From: Phoronis australis
Taxonomy: Eukaryota; Animalia; Phoronida
Length of the DNA stretch: 64,000 nt
NCBI GenBank assembly: GCA_002633005.1
Contig: NMRA01000011.1
Location: 237,451 to 301,450 of the forward strand
Direction of reading: 5' to 3'
Of this stretch, positions 1 to 12,124 are shown in pieces (positions within the stretch are counted from its first letter, which is position 1; every line of letters begins with the position of its first letter). Below the pieces are notes generated by a model that saw nothing but the letters and a program-made list of their open reading frames with translations, did not search any database and was not told where the DNA came from. Both the position numbers and the translations under genes were made by a program.

Positions 1-1017
1 AGCGGTAACAAATTGAAACCGCACCGTGTGACAGTCATCGTATCAATAATAATTGAAAGCTGTTGTATATTATTTGATTTTTGTAGATATTCGATTAGTT
101 TTAGCAATGATTTTGGAAGAATACGTTGAAATGTGTTATAAATTATACATGATGGGTGTCGTATGGTGTTGCTCTAACTTTTGATTTGGACAACTTACAG
201 CTGTCGTAAAATTGGCCTCAACTCGTTAAGTTGGGTAGTTAAAGCATCTAGCCTGGTTCTAAGTAATAACGGTCTGTCAGTGCTTTCCATGGCCAGGAGT
301 GATACGTGATCCGATTATGAGACTCGTAGAAAACTGGCCTCAATCAAAACTTACCTTTCAACAGGCGGGTAGATTTTGTAAAGATTCGTTCATTTGACAA
401 GTAAATGCTGACGGGCTATTGCATAACTTCAGCGTTGCCTTTAGCTGGTGATGATGTTTTTTTCTAGCAAACGTCATCGTTGATCTGCAGTTAATTAAGC
501 TGTTGCTGTGTTTTTAATTTCTATACAGATGTGTACACCCGCGTGGAATTGCCAATCCGCCGACAACGATTTACAGTCATTGCAGAACCTGCCTCGACTG
601 TTGCGCAAACAAAAACCTGTGAGATCGTGTCCATCTCACCTAGCTCCTAGTGCAAACGTGAACATTTCTAAGATTATCACCACGTACATGTACGTGCACA
701 TGTAGATGCTGCGGTACATATTAATCCTGACATGATGAAATTCATGTATTTTTGCTGCGATATACATGAGCGCGTCAGAAAAAAATATGCATTTTATGTT
801 GCATGTATGTGTAATCCGAAACAAATTTTCGATCCTGAATTCGTTTCCGTAAATTGAGATTTTTATAGAAAACAGTCACCGCAACCATGCATGTATTCTG
901 CTATAGTCTGGACACTTATTGTTATTTATTGGGTACAAATAAAACAACAAGTATAACATACATTTTAGTTGTATTGGGAATTTCAGGGTCACAGCTCTAC
1001 AAATAAATATTTCACAG

Positions 1018-1260
1018 AAGGAACCAGATGGGTTCCTTAATTACAAGAGATAACACACACATTTCCGGTACCCAAAGTGTAACTGAGTATCGAATACTAA
1101 GTGGCACAAGTTAGCATAGTACCAAATGGGTATCGGCCGATTGCCTTACAACTGGGTCGAGCAAAACGGCAAATTCAATAACAAGTACCAAGTGGGTACA
1201 CCAAACAGCCAACTGGGCTGTAACAACCTGGAAAGCAGGTTCCGGACAAGCTGAGTGAGC
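1018..1260. other. Array of short stem-loops with shared pentaloop (plus-strand loop RRNTG; minus-strand CANYY)
   Basis: aaggaacc-agatg-ggttcctt (1018-1038), gtacc-aaatg-ggtat (1119-1133), gtacc-aagtg-ggtac (1185-1199), acagcc-aactg-ggctgt (1205-1221), aacctg-gaaag-caggtt (~1225-1241), gct-gagtg-agc (1250-1260). Stems differ in sequence but still pair. Confidence 0.7.
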
Positions 1261-3141
1261 AGACAAGCCGGAGTGTTAAAAAAGATATTGTAAGAAACGT
1301 GGTGTTGTGGCTCAGTTTGTTATTTGTTTCGCAATCACTGCTGCTGAAAATGTGTTTGTTGTGTAACAGTTAACTTAAAAGTAGTTCTTTTTGCAAATAT
1401 GTCCACAGACAATTTTTATATAAAAACACGTCATTGATATTTTGTGAGTCAATGAATATCCGTTTCCGCCAACCAGGTAGCTGAATCAAAAACATGTGTT
1501 TGTCGTCGTGGACTATCTGTCATTTCAACTGAAACAGAATAAGAATTGATGGGGACGCTAATTCCGGGAATTTCATCTACTGCGCTGTTGACATTTTCAT
1601 TGCATCTTGGAAGAGTTGTAGTCTTGGAAACATCCGTTGACATCACACATAAGTTTGGGGTAGTTCGCCAACCTAACTGCAGTCGTTTTTCAAATGCATT
1701 ACGGGGACGCTTGTCGGCTCGTAAACGTCAGGTGGCATCATGCATCCGTGTTTTTTTTCATTTCCAAGTTCCAATGAATTTCGAACCTGGAAATATGTCG
1801 TTGAAAGTTATTTCCCTGTTTTTTTAACCTCGGGCATTGTTCCACGTTCAACTAGTCTAATTCTCTCAGTCGCAATTTAACATGGACGCTGGTTGACGCC
1901 CCAAGTTCACAATTTCATTGTTGACACTGTTGATAGTGCCGTCAGAAATTAGTCAGTGGTGGTGAGGCACTATTATCCCCTCAATGATTGCCCCCCCCCC
2001 CCTCCATTACNCTCCATTACGTTCAGAATGGTAGTCTTGTTAAAAACCAAATCGTTTACCACGTTTTTTCGAGCGAAAATCACCAATGACGTCACATCAT
2101 GATTTACTGCTATTCGCTTATTGAAATGGACATCTATACGAGTGTTTCGAGCTTGAATGAGACCTGTAATGTGCGCTTTAGGTCGTGGGTTTCATGTTGC
2201 AATGTCGCAGATTAAGAGTTAGAACACTGAAACCTGCAACCATGCTCGACGGTCCAGGTTCCAGATTTCAGGAGAATGGAGCCAGAGAAATTGCACTGAA
2301 AACATGGTTCCAGACGCTAAACCCATGGGAACTTGGAACGGATCTTGCTATCTCGTTTAGTTCTTGTTCTGGCACCCGCCAACAGGGCTGAGAAAACGTC
2401 GGATTACGTTCGCATTCTTAATGAACTTGCCAAAAAGTGTCTTGAACAAAATTCTGTTGTTATTAAAAGTGGAGGGGTGTACGATTTCGATGACTGCTGG
2501 TCAGAAAATCACGGAGCGAGAACATCTGCCGATGCGTCGCCGTCCTGTCACTAGCTAATACTGAAAATCAGTTCTCTTTTTATCGGCAACCATTTTGTGG
2601 TAGGAGCCGGAGTGGTCTCCTTCACATTTGCTCGTTATTTTACACATGCAGCCAATGGCTCATTTGAATGGAAGAAACAAGGATGCTTGAATATACGTTT
2701 TAATTTCTGAGGAACTTAATACCAAACTGTGCTTTAAATAAAGCCGATCAAAAGTTTTTCGCTTTTGTGATTGACATTTCGAAAGAAAAAAATTTTGCTG
2801 ATTTTGCTGATGGTGTGGGTGTTTAAGTTATGAACAGTTTTTAGTTTTACACATGTGCGGTAAAGTAGACATCGTTTTGGTAAGCTTAAAGAGGCATGGG
2901 ACGTGAAAGCTCGACCGAAAAAGCTTTTAAACAATTCCTGACTAAATTACCTTCTCGCAGCGTCTAATACAGAGTAATTCACTTTTCCCTGCGAGGAAAT
3001 TGCCAGAAAAGTTCACAAAATCCACGACTTTTGAAATATGCGCGAAGGCAAAGCTCTGTGGTTACCACAGAGTTTCTAATCTCCCTTCCAGTTATGATCA
3101 TTTTGCGCATGGACTCACAGTCAGTTGTTTGAAGTTGCTTG

Positions 3142-3408
3142 AGGTCAAAGGTTACATTTTACATTGATGGGAATTGTACTACGTCTATGTCTTGCCGTAC
3201 GAAATAAGGAGACATGCTTCGCCTTGTGTGAGAGCAATCGACAAAGTAGCGAGCAAATGACAGATCGTTTGTTTGTTTTTTTTTGAAATTTTAAACTAAA
3301 AGAAAATGTTTCCTTATCAACAGAAATTAATAATGTTGACGAACAAACCCTAAAATACCTGGTGAGCAGGTTGTATTCTGTTTCAGTGACAGAGGATCAC
3401 TTTCAATA
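3142..3408 (+). repeat. Dispersed ~270-bp repeat, copy 1 (copy 2 at ~27134-27408)
   Basis: Shared blocks aggtcaaagg, cttgccRtacgaaataaggagac, atcaacagaaatt and ttcagtgacagaggatcactt occur in the same order in both places. Confidence 0.8.
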
Positions 3409-5092
3409 TTTCAATTTTGTAGACGTGAATGGAAGCGTCATGGCTAACATTCTTAATAGTTGTTCATATTAAAATTCGTAGCACTGATCAGCTTAGGTTG
3501 TTAATACCACACACGTTAGGGTGAGCTGAGCAGATTAAGCGAATTTAAGCTATAAATGGGAGTTGGCATTATTTCATTTATTTTGGAGATTTACAACTAA
3601 TTATGCGTCATTGTGTTGAGATTTACAACTAATTATGCGACATTGTGTTGAAATTAAGTTCTAAATGTTCACCAGTTTCCGCAATTTCCCTACAGCTATC
3701 ATTAGTTGGAAGTAAGGCATCCTTAAATTGTACGGTAAGCCATTTGAATGAAGAAGAAATAAAGTTTGTTTTAATTTGGACAAACTTTTGTGATGCAAAC
3801 GTATGTGGAGCAAATGTTTGCCCTTCAAACGTACATGTATCAGGCACACTAATGGTCAACAAAGTTAATTAATGACGCCAACAGAACACAGCAACAATGG
3901 TTTAATCGCTGTTATTTATCTAAAATCACACAAACCTTTTATTTTACAAATTCAGACATAAGAAGCAAAATCTTTACTTTTATACGTAAAACTATTCTAT
4001 ACAACAGATGGTCATATTTGTTACCATGTGCCATGTCTGTTATAAAACGTAATACAGAGTGTTTTTTTAGATTTTTGGAGGTGGGCTTGGATGTTCTTCA
4101 GAAAATTTCCACAGAAATGAAGGTTATAGTGAAACAAGGAAAACCAAGTTTTTAACTTAAATTCAATGTTAAATTAAACATTTTTGTATCTCAAATGAAG
4201 CAGACGTGACTGCCATTAATTTAGTAAGTTTTTATACAAATATTAATTAACACAATTTCCAGGTGCTTTCAATTTTCAATTTACTACATTTGCAGCAATT
4301 GATATTTCAAAACAGATGTGGAATTAATTTCTTCGTATCTGTTATTAAAATGATGAAAACAATCATTTCACGCGTGCTACACACTTCTTTCAAACATGAC
4401 AAAACCTTCCTATAGGAGCAAAATGTCCAAAATTAACGGAATGTATAATTTAATTATTAAGAGTGCGTATACATCAAAATGACATAGAGAGGACAAGTTT
4501 GAGGATTTTAATTTCATGCCCTAGTGCCACGAGATGCAATAACACAGGGTACTAGATTTTTAGTTCGAAATTCCGCTGTTTTTGAAAGCAAAACGAATGT
4601 GTTGGAGGAGACAGCCAAAGAGCTTCAAGTTGGTATTCTTACAATGCTAAGCGAGTGGCAGGGCGGCAATTGTCCAACCAGATTGGGACAAAAATTATGC
4701 AAAATTGGAACATTTAGTTTTCCTCACATGCTCCACTGGTCGAAATTTGTGTACTATCCGAATTTGTACTTAAAGATGCATTATGTCAAAGTTTGATGCT
4801 ACAGACAACAGTCTAATAAAATTTGAAAAATTGTCCGGTTTCATGTCCGTTCTCAGGGTATCCAGCGACCCTTTTGACACCAGAAACACAAATATCTTTA
4901 ATAAAATATTGTTTTCGTTTCTTGCATACCGCAGAAAGTAATTCACTGCGACTTAAATTACACCGCCCATAATTCGTAGCCCCTTCGAGGACCACAAAAA
5001 TATCTCAACCAATCTGCGTACATGTGATATCATCGTGCCAACGAAATTTCTCCCAATCCTCACCACATAACAAATGAGTGTCATTTCTTTGA

Positions 5093-7132
5093 CGTAGGTT
5101 AGTTATCGGTCTCTGTGCTAAAATACTACGTTGTGTACGAGTGCAGCAATGTAAGCGGTCTTGGCATACATCTGTGCATCTTCCCCGCCGATCCCATCAA
5201 GTGCTGTGCTTGGAATAGATTCGAATCCACAAGGATTGGAGACAAAATTACCAAACGGCAAAATATGTTCTAGACTTGGTGAAAAACTGTATACAAAATC
5301 TACAGCTTTGCGCCGATGTGGGTAGAAATGACCAAATGAAATCTGACATAAAAGTATTGTCATTAAAAGGTACACCGCTCTTCTTTGAGTAAATTAAATT
5401 GTTTGTTGGTGTTGGAAAATTTGACATTCTACTGTTCATCTAGTACTAGAACTGTAGTGAGCTCTTTTGGGTCGGCGTTCGGCGATTGCGTCACCTGACC
5501 TAGACCAGTTTCTTTTCCCCAGTGTGTATTCTTTAATTAACGTTCTTTTCTGTCACGTGGTTGCGTACATGTCACAACAAATTATTGGAAATGGTTTCGT
5601 TTCGTTACAAGTTTTTAGCATTTTAAGACTTGCAAACTGAATTTTAAAACAAACTTTGCTGCTACGAAGCTGTCATCATCTCCCAAGAGATGACGCAAAA
5701 TTTGAGGAAATGTCATGTGCGCGTCACGAGCGCTCAGTTTTCAAAACGACGACAGACTTTCTTCGTTACAAAACTCAAAAGGCAGAGAATTACGCTAGAA
5801 AATGACGTTTATTACATTGTTTTTCACTTATAAGGCTGCCAACGGGAAGGTGAGTGTCGGAATTGACTCCCACATTTTGCATGCAGGCCTGGCGGTCGTT
5901 GGCTCTGCGATGTAAGTTTCACGACGAGGTGACAAACCGAACTCATACCCCGCGGGCTGCAAGAAATTTCGTGGTCTAACGAAGCTCAATACACAGCGGT
6001 ACTTAGTTGTATTTTGGGTTATAGTCTTCTAACAGCTAGCTGACTGGCTAGAAGATCTGCAGTGCGCACTTCGACGTTTCGTCTTACAGTTCCAGCCAGA
6101 CGTATGGGGAATCCGGCCCAAATCGGAAAATTCCGATTTGGGCCGATCCCGTAATGGAATTCTAGTGAGACGGGTGGCCCATATCGAAATATGTTTTTGA
6201 TCGAATTTAAACGTTAAATTGAATACAAATTCTTATAATTCGGTATGTTTTCATGCAATCAAGACTGATTCATAGTTTTAAAATGTTAAGATACTCACGA
6301 CGTTGTTTTGCTTTTTAATCTTTGCGCAAGATTGACCGAGTCTATACTCAAAATGGCGGCTACTACGGGTTGTAGGATTTCAATTATTATGAAAATTAAA
6401 TTTCTAATATAAAATTGTCGATGAATTTGAATACAACTGATTTGTACTAAAAGCTCAAGCTAACACGTGTTGTAATTTTTCCAAGTATTTTGCACCAAAT
6501 TAAACGGCCTATTGTAGCCGAATCCAATGCGGGACACATACTCGACAGCGGCCCTTATCGGAATCGCGCTGCGTTCTCACCTTCGGCTTCAAGAAGACAT
6601 GAATGCAAAGTTCCTAACGTCAAAAATTTTGTATCGAACAAACTACACTTTATAATAAACATTGTGAAATTGCCTGATAACAATTCAGACGAAGAGCTGT
6701 TTTTTTCGAGCGTTTAGGCGACCCCAGTCATCCTCCAGGGGATTCCCATACGGACCCGTATTAGTATGTGTGCTCGATAATTCAATAAAGGTAATGATTT
6801 TGATCAATTTGATTATTAATTGACATGGAATGTGGTTCCTTGGTTCCCCACGTATTTTGCCCTAAATTAAGCGGCCAGTCATCGCTGATTCAAATACAAT
6901 GAAGACATCGTGACAGCCAAATTCGTTGTGTCGATGATGTCATAGACTTCGATTGGTGCGAGCGCCAACTCAAGATCTACGGCGCTAAATGGGGTTCGTG
7001 ATGGAGCTGCTGTATTGTAAAAGGCCTACTTAATTAGTGACCGGGGTATGCTATTGCACCATATGCTGATATGTTTCATTAATACTTGTATTTTAGATAT
7101 CAAAATAGTCATGTTTGCACCATAGCAGGCCT
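5093..7132 (+). mobile_element. ~2-kb non-autonomous DNA transposon relic with decayed THAP domain (Kolobok-like), copy 1
   Basis: Colinear with ~38183-40289. Frameshifted translation 5125-5390: YVVYECSNVSGLGIHLCIFPADPIKCCAWNRF...GKICSR...LKGTPLFF, which fits the THAP pattern. Homology ends at ...gcct|TTAA (7133-7136). Left end not resolved. Confidence 0.65.
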
Positions 7133-8066
7133 TTAAAAGTCAGGGTTCGTGTTTTTGGGCCGGTTAGCTGTTTTGAAGGTGCGGGAGTTAGAGGCCCATT
7201 TGATGAAAAAATACCGGAAATACATTGCTGACGCTGCATCGATAACAATATAACTGAGAATAATTAATCTTAATTTTTATACCATACGCGTTGAATCTGT
7301 CGAGGGAAATACGGCCATATAACATTTCACCTCCCGCACTACTTCAACACTGACCTCTGATATGGAAAGTTCAAATGGTAGGTCAATATCGATTCGAAGT
7401 CGTTAGCCGGTTCGATTACCAAACTTTCGGAAAATAGTTTAAAGTAATACAATCATAGCAGGGTAAATAACGCTCAACATACAATCACGTCTCAAACGTG
7501 ACATCTAGAAAAGGACTGTTAATTATATGACAGTTCTGCCTCAGTTTTCACTTGCTAAGTATTTTATCGTCTGCAACTCAGGCGCCGATTCCTCGTTAAG
7601 TACAGTATCAAATGTAGTTGTTATTTAACAATTTTCAGGAGATGTTACAATTTCAATGAAAATTTACCCTTGTTTTCATCTTTTTCATCCCTTTTAAAGT
7701 AATAAATCGTCATATTTAAAACTGTTTCTTTTACTAGAGAAAACTTGCAGCCTAACGCGCAAGTACATACATATAGGATGCGATCCGCCTCGTGAACAGT
7801 CTGAGTGAAGTATTTAAAAAACCTGTGGAAAAAATGATAGAAACTTAGGAATTCGAAGCATATGGGACAAATACAAAACGTACCGAGAGTGGCGTACATG
7901 AAGTAATATCACACGAGACATTATTACGCGGAATAGTGTATCGTGGGATATTACTTCATGTACGCCACTCTCGGAACGTTTTGTGTATATCTCTCAATTT
8001 TAAAAGAGTAAAATAATTTACTTCAGGTGTTCACGCGGAATGTTTCGTGAGAAACTAGTTTTGTGG

Positions 8067-8738
8067 CATAGGCGGATTTAGGGGGGGCCCAGGGNNNNNN
8101 NNNNNNNNNNNNNNNNNNNNNNNNNNNNNNNNNNNNNNNNNNNNNNNNNNNNNNNNNNNNNNNNNNNNNNNNNNNNNNNNNNNNNNNNNNNNNNNNNNNN
8201 NNNNNNNNNNNNNNNNNNNNNNNNNNNNNNNNNNNNNNNNNNNNNNNNNNNNNNNNNNNNNNNNNNNNNNNNNNNNNNNNNNNNNNNNNNNNNNNNNNNN
8301 NNNNNNNNNNNCACAAAATATAAAACGTGTAATAAGCATTACAAAAAGAAGTAGATTTCACGCGCAAACGCTGTGGACCATAAACAAGTAGGTTAGTTTC
8401 TTGTTTGTTAAGTCGTGGTGGTGTAGTGGTAAAGCACGCGTGTCCTATCATCCAGGTCGTGAGTTCGAGTCTGTGAAATTCGCAATTTTTCCTGTGTGAC
8501 ACGTTCTCCGTGTTCTTTTTCTTTTTCTTTTTTTCTTGGATAATACATCAGAAATCAAGGAAAATGCTTGATTTTTAGAGGAAAAAACAGAAAAATTTCC
8601 TGGGCGGGAGGGCGGCAAACCCCCCTCCCGATCTCCCCCCATTCGGTGCTGTGCGCATCTACAATCGTGGTTTGCGCAAATGCTTACAGCCGGAGAAAAT
8701 GTTGCCCCCCCCCTTGTGATATCCTAGATCCGCCACTG
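8067..8738. mobile_element. MITE with CATAGGCGGATTTAG / CTAGATCCGCCACTG termini (spans an assembly gap)
   Basis: Imperfect TIRs flanked by a 5-bp direct repeat tgtgg (8062-8066, 8739-8743). The same termini recur at 26098-26341. Confidence 0.7.
8414..8473 (+). mobile_element. tRNA-derived SINE head or tRNA pseudogene-like segment
   Basis: A-box-like TGGTGTAGTGG (8419-8429) and B-box-like GAGTTCGAGTC (8461-8471) at Pol III spacing. No intact cloverleaf. Confidence 0.5.
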
Positions 8739-9214
8739 TGTGGATCAAATTGACTGACGTGAGATTATGTTAAGATTTACGGATTTCAACAAAAATCTCT
8801 ATTATTAAAACCCAAGTTAAATAATTCAAAGTTATTGTACCGCCTAATGCTGAAACGCACCAGAATTCACAGTAACACTCAAAGTGCTTCAGAATCCGCA
8901 TTGTCATACAATCAAGGGCCCACTGCTTTCTAACGTATTTGTAAATGCGCCTGTGAAATCATATTAAGTTACTGATCCAAAAGTCCAAATATCAGCAAAT
9001 CTTGAAAAAAATGATATGATCCTGCTATGACATTCGATGCAGATTAATAAGGAGTAAATGTTTGCCATGACAACTCAAATTGCAATAGACGATTTCTGCC
9101 CGTCTCGGCAAAATGAGCAGTTCACACACGAGTGTGTTGATGCGACGGGCAAAATGGGAAATTTTTCAACTAACACGTGAGACGTGGTTAAGCTCTCACG
9201 TCATAATGCTTGTT

Positions 9215-9440
9215 AGTGGTTGTTGTCGTGGTAATGTAGGTGATGTGGTGGTTGCGTTTGTGGTCTCGGGTGGTGGTGGTTTTGGTGAGGAGGATGACGT
9301 GGTGATAGTGATGGTGTAATGGAGGTGATAGTGATGGTGTAATGGAGGTGATAGTGATGGTGTAATGGAGGTGATACTGGGCTGCTTGAATCGTGGTGGT
9401 AGCGATGAGGGTGGGGACGATGAGAGTGGTGATGGTAGTG
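9215..9440. repeat. TGG/GAT-rich low-complexity tract including a 23-bp unit x3
   Basis: ggtgatagtgatggtgtaatgga repeated three times at 9301-9369 within a (TGG/TGA)n background. Confidence 0.85.
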
Positions 9441-10394
9441 TTAGTTCCAAGCCAGGTTCACAAAGACCGCAGTACGTCGGGATGGAAAAGGAGTTACCTG
9501 CTGGATAAAACTACTTAGCAAAATTTGAGTTGGCTATTACAAAGGATTGTGGATAAAGTATCAATTAAAGAAATGTCCTGGTCTAAACTTAGTCGATTTG
9601 AAACGTAAAGTGGAAATGGTTAAAGTTGATAATTGGATAATGGGAAGAAAATGCTGGCGATATGAATTAGGGGTTTTGAAGAGATTGGTACGATCAATAA
9701 GACATTTCTTGGCTAGTGAAGGTGACAAAGAAGAGATGTGTGTGATTGATGCACTTTACATCACAGATCAGTGCCCGGTTGTTTGAAATACTCCTAGAGA
9801 TGGACTACACTATGTTCTTTAACTTTTCACCGCAGTTGTGGACTTGTGAAAACACTGATTGTCCTTTCTTGTGCTGGTTTATTTGCATTTTTAAGTCAAT
9901 GTTTGGCATTTATATTGACTGAGACAATCCCACGGTGAATCAATATTATTGAAAATAAATAGTAATATTTTCATGTAACTCCCCAAATTCTAGAACTATT
10001 AGTTCCTATTCATTTTCATTAACTCAATGGCTCGTTTTTTAAATGTTTCGTTAGAAAATGACATTAGTCAAAGAAGAGCTCATAACTAAGTTAAAATGGC
10101 ATACATGTATTAGAAAATAGATTATTTGAGTCTGAAAATAGACCTCCGTGAGTGCATCTTCCGGACATCGACTTCTAGATTGCATTTTTGTGAAGGGAAC
10201 TTGATAGGAGAAATCAAAATTGATGTTTTGATGTTAAAAAGCTGAAAAATGTCCCACGCGTGATTTTTATGTAAATTAGTGTGGCCATTACCGAATGTTT
10301 GTTATTTTGGAGTATCTCACCATTTCATGTTGACCCTATACGTATATTTTGAGGATCGAGCATTGCGACATAACTCTATCCAAAATAATGTCTT

Positions 10395-11920
10395 ATTATG
10401 GGCCCACATATCAATATGTGGGAAACGGTATACCACCATCTTTTTTCGTCCGTCTGTCCGTCCGTCCGTCCAGCGTCCGTTGCTGTATCGCCAAAACCCT
10501 TGAAGCATGTTCATGAAATTTTGGAGATATGTTTCTTTTATGGATGGGAAAGCATGAGCAATTTTTCGGACGGATCCGACTACCGGTTTGCCCCTAGTGA
10601 CCATTTATTTTTTTTACGTTTGCCTGTGTATCTTCTGGGTTCCATAACTGATTTTCATGAAATTTGGCATATAGGTATCAATTAGGAAGATGATACCGCC
10701 ATCACGTTTTCGAATGGATTCGACATATTCTACGCCACCTAGTGGCCAATTGTACTGTCTTCGCGTACGGTTATTGCCATCCGCCCCTCTTTAGGCCAAA
10801 CCACTCTAAGGATGATTATGAAAATTGGGGTTTGTGTTCCTACTGGGAAGAGGACGGCTGACTGCAGTGGCTCTTCCTAGTGGCAGTTCTGTTTTGTCTA
10901 TGGCTCTATCTCCTAAACCCTCCGCGAGATGTTTGTTTCTATGAAGGTGACAACAGGTGAACTCGACTTTCTGACTGATGCGGCCATTACTGCTAGGCCC
11001 CCAAGTAGCATTTTCATTTTTTTTTTTTCTTTTGTATTTTTATCTCTGGATTTCGTGGGCGGATTTTTATGAAATTCGGCAAATAAATTTCTATTAAAGA
11101 GTCGATGACATCTTGTCGTTTTGAGTAAGATTTGATGTACTAGTGCACACCACCTAGTGGCCGTTTTCATTAATTTGTTTTGGATCTGTTTTTGGCGTCC
11201 ACCTTTCTGTCGGCTAAACCATTCTTAGAACGATTATGAAAATTGACATAATTATATGTTCTTACTGGGGACGATGATTTTTAGATGACGCCGAATACTG
11301 TGGTGCCACCTAGTGGCACCTTATTGTCTCTGCGTCTGTGGCTGTGTCTCTTAAACCCTCTGCAGAATCTTTGTTAAATTTCAATTGGCTATTGTATTTG
11401 TATCGAGGTGGCAACGGATGACGATGACGTTTGGACGAACCCGCGTCACCGCTATGCCTCCTTGTGGCAATTTTATTTTTTTAATCCGTCTTTCATCTGT
11501 GTCTTTGGAATTACTAGACGATTTTTTATGAAATTGGACAAATAAGTTTCTTTTTATAATGCAATGGCACATTTTAGTTTTCATATGGATTTTACGTAGT
11601 GTACGTGTTCTGGTTGCCGCTTTTTATGTTTCAGTCTATTTTAGGTGTCCATCTCTCGTCGTTAGGAAAATTGATAAATGTGTTCCTACTGGGAAGAGCG
11701 TGGTTGACGATTTTTGGACAGTTTTCACTACTGTGTCATCCGCTAGTTGCAGTTTGCTTTTTTCACATCCGCAGCTCTTTCTTCCTGCAGGTTTCTTGCG
11801 CAATTTGACAATTGAGATAAATTCGTACTCAAGTGTTTCGCGTATAGGCACACCTGCTTTAAGTTTCCCATGCGAAGAAGGGCGTCCTATGTACAGGTCG
11901 TAACACCGGTGGCCGGACAA
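10395..11920 (+). mobile_element. Helentron-associated / DINE-1-like non-autonomous element with degenerate internal tandem repeats
   Basis: 5' hairpin cccacatat-ca-atatgtggg (~10402-10421) followed by a (GTCC/GTCT)n microsatellite (10447-10470). Then ~9 degenerate ~145-bp monomers, each with tgaaatt(t)gg and ccacctagtggc-like motifs. Short hairpin ccggtggccgg near 11907. Ends approximate. Confidence 0.6.
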
Positions 11921-12124
11921 ATGACCGACTGAAACTCCATGGAAATATGACTAGAGTAGTTGTTGATGCAAATAGACTAATATATTTTAAAAGTGGTGAT
12001 GTTTGCAAAAAATGAATAAACCCAGTACCTTATGTAAACCAGGTCAATGGTGGGCAATGTATATTAGTATTGAAGAAAATAATTACGATCATCATGACAT
12101 GAATCATTGTCTAACCTTCCCAAC

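Noticed and set aside
1449-1885. Possible third THAP or transposase relic on the minus strand
   Set aside because: Too many stops, and no convincing C-x-C / W / CSxHF pattern.
8414-8473. Functional tRNA gene (also 44371-44429, 12680-12715)
   Set aside because: Only A/B boxes are recognisable, with no complete acceptor or anticodon stems.
8023-8502. Long ORFs containing X runs (also 50685-50951, 56582-56938)
   Set aside because: They are created by N gaps and purine-rich simple repeats.
9196-9450. Ser/Pro/Thr-rich mucin-like ORF
   Set aside because: It is a translation of a low-complexity repeat with a non-triplet 23-bp unit and has no splice support.
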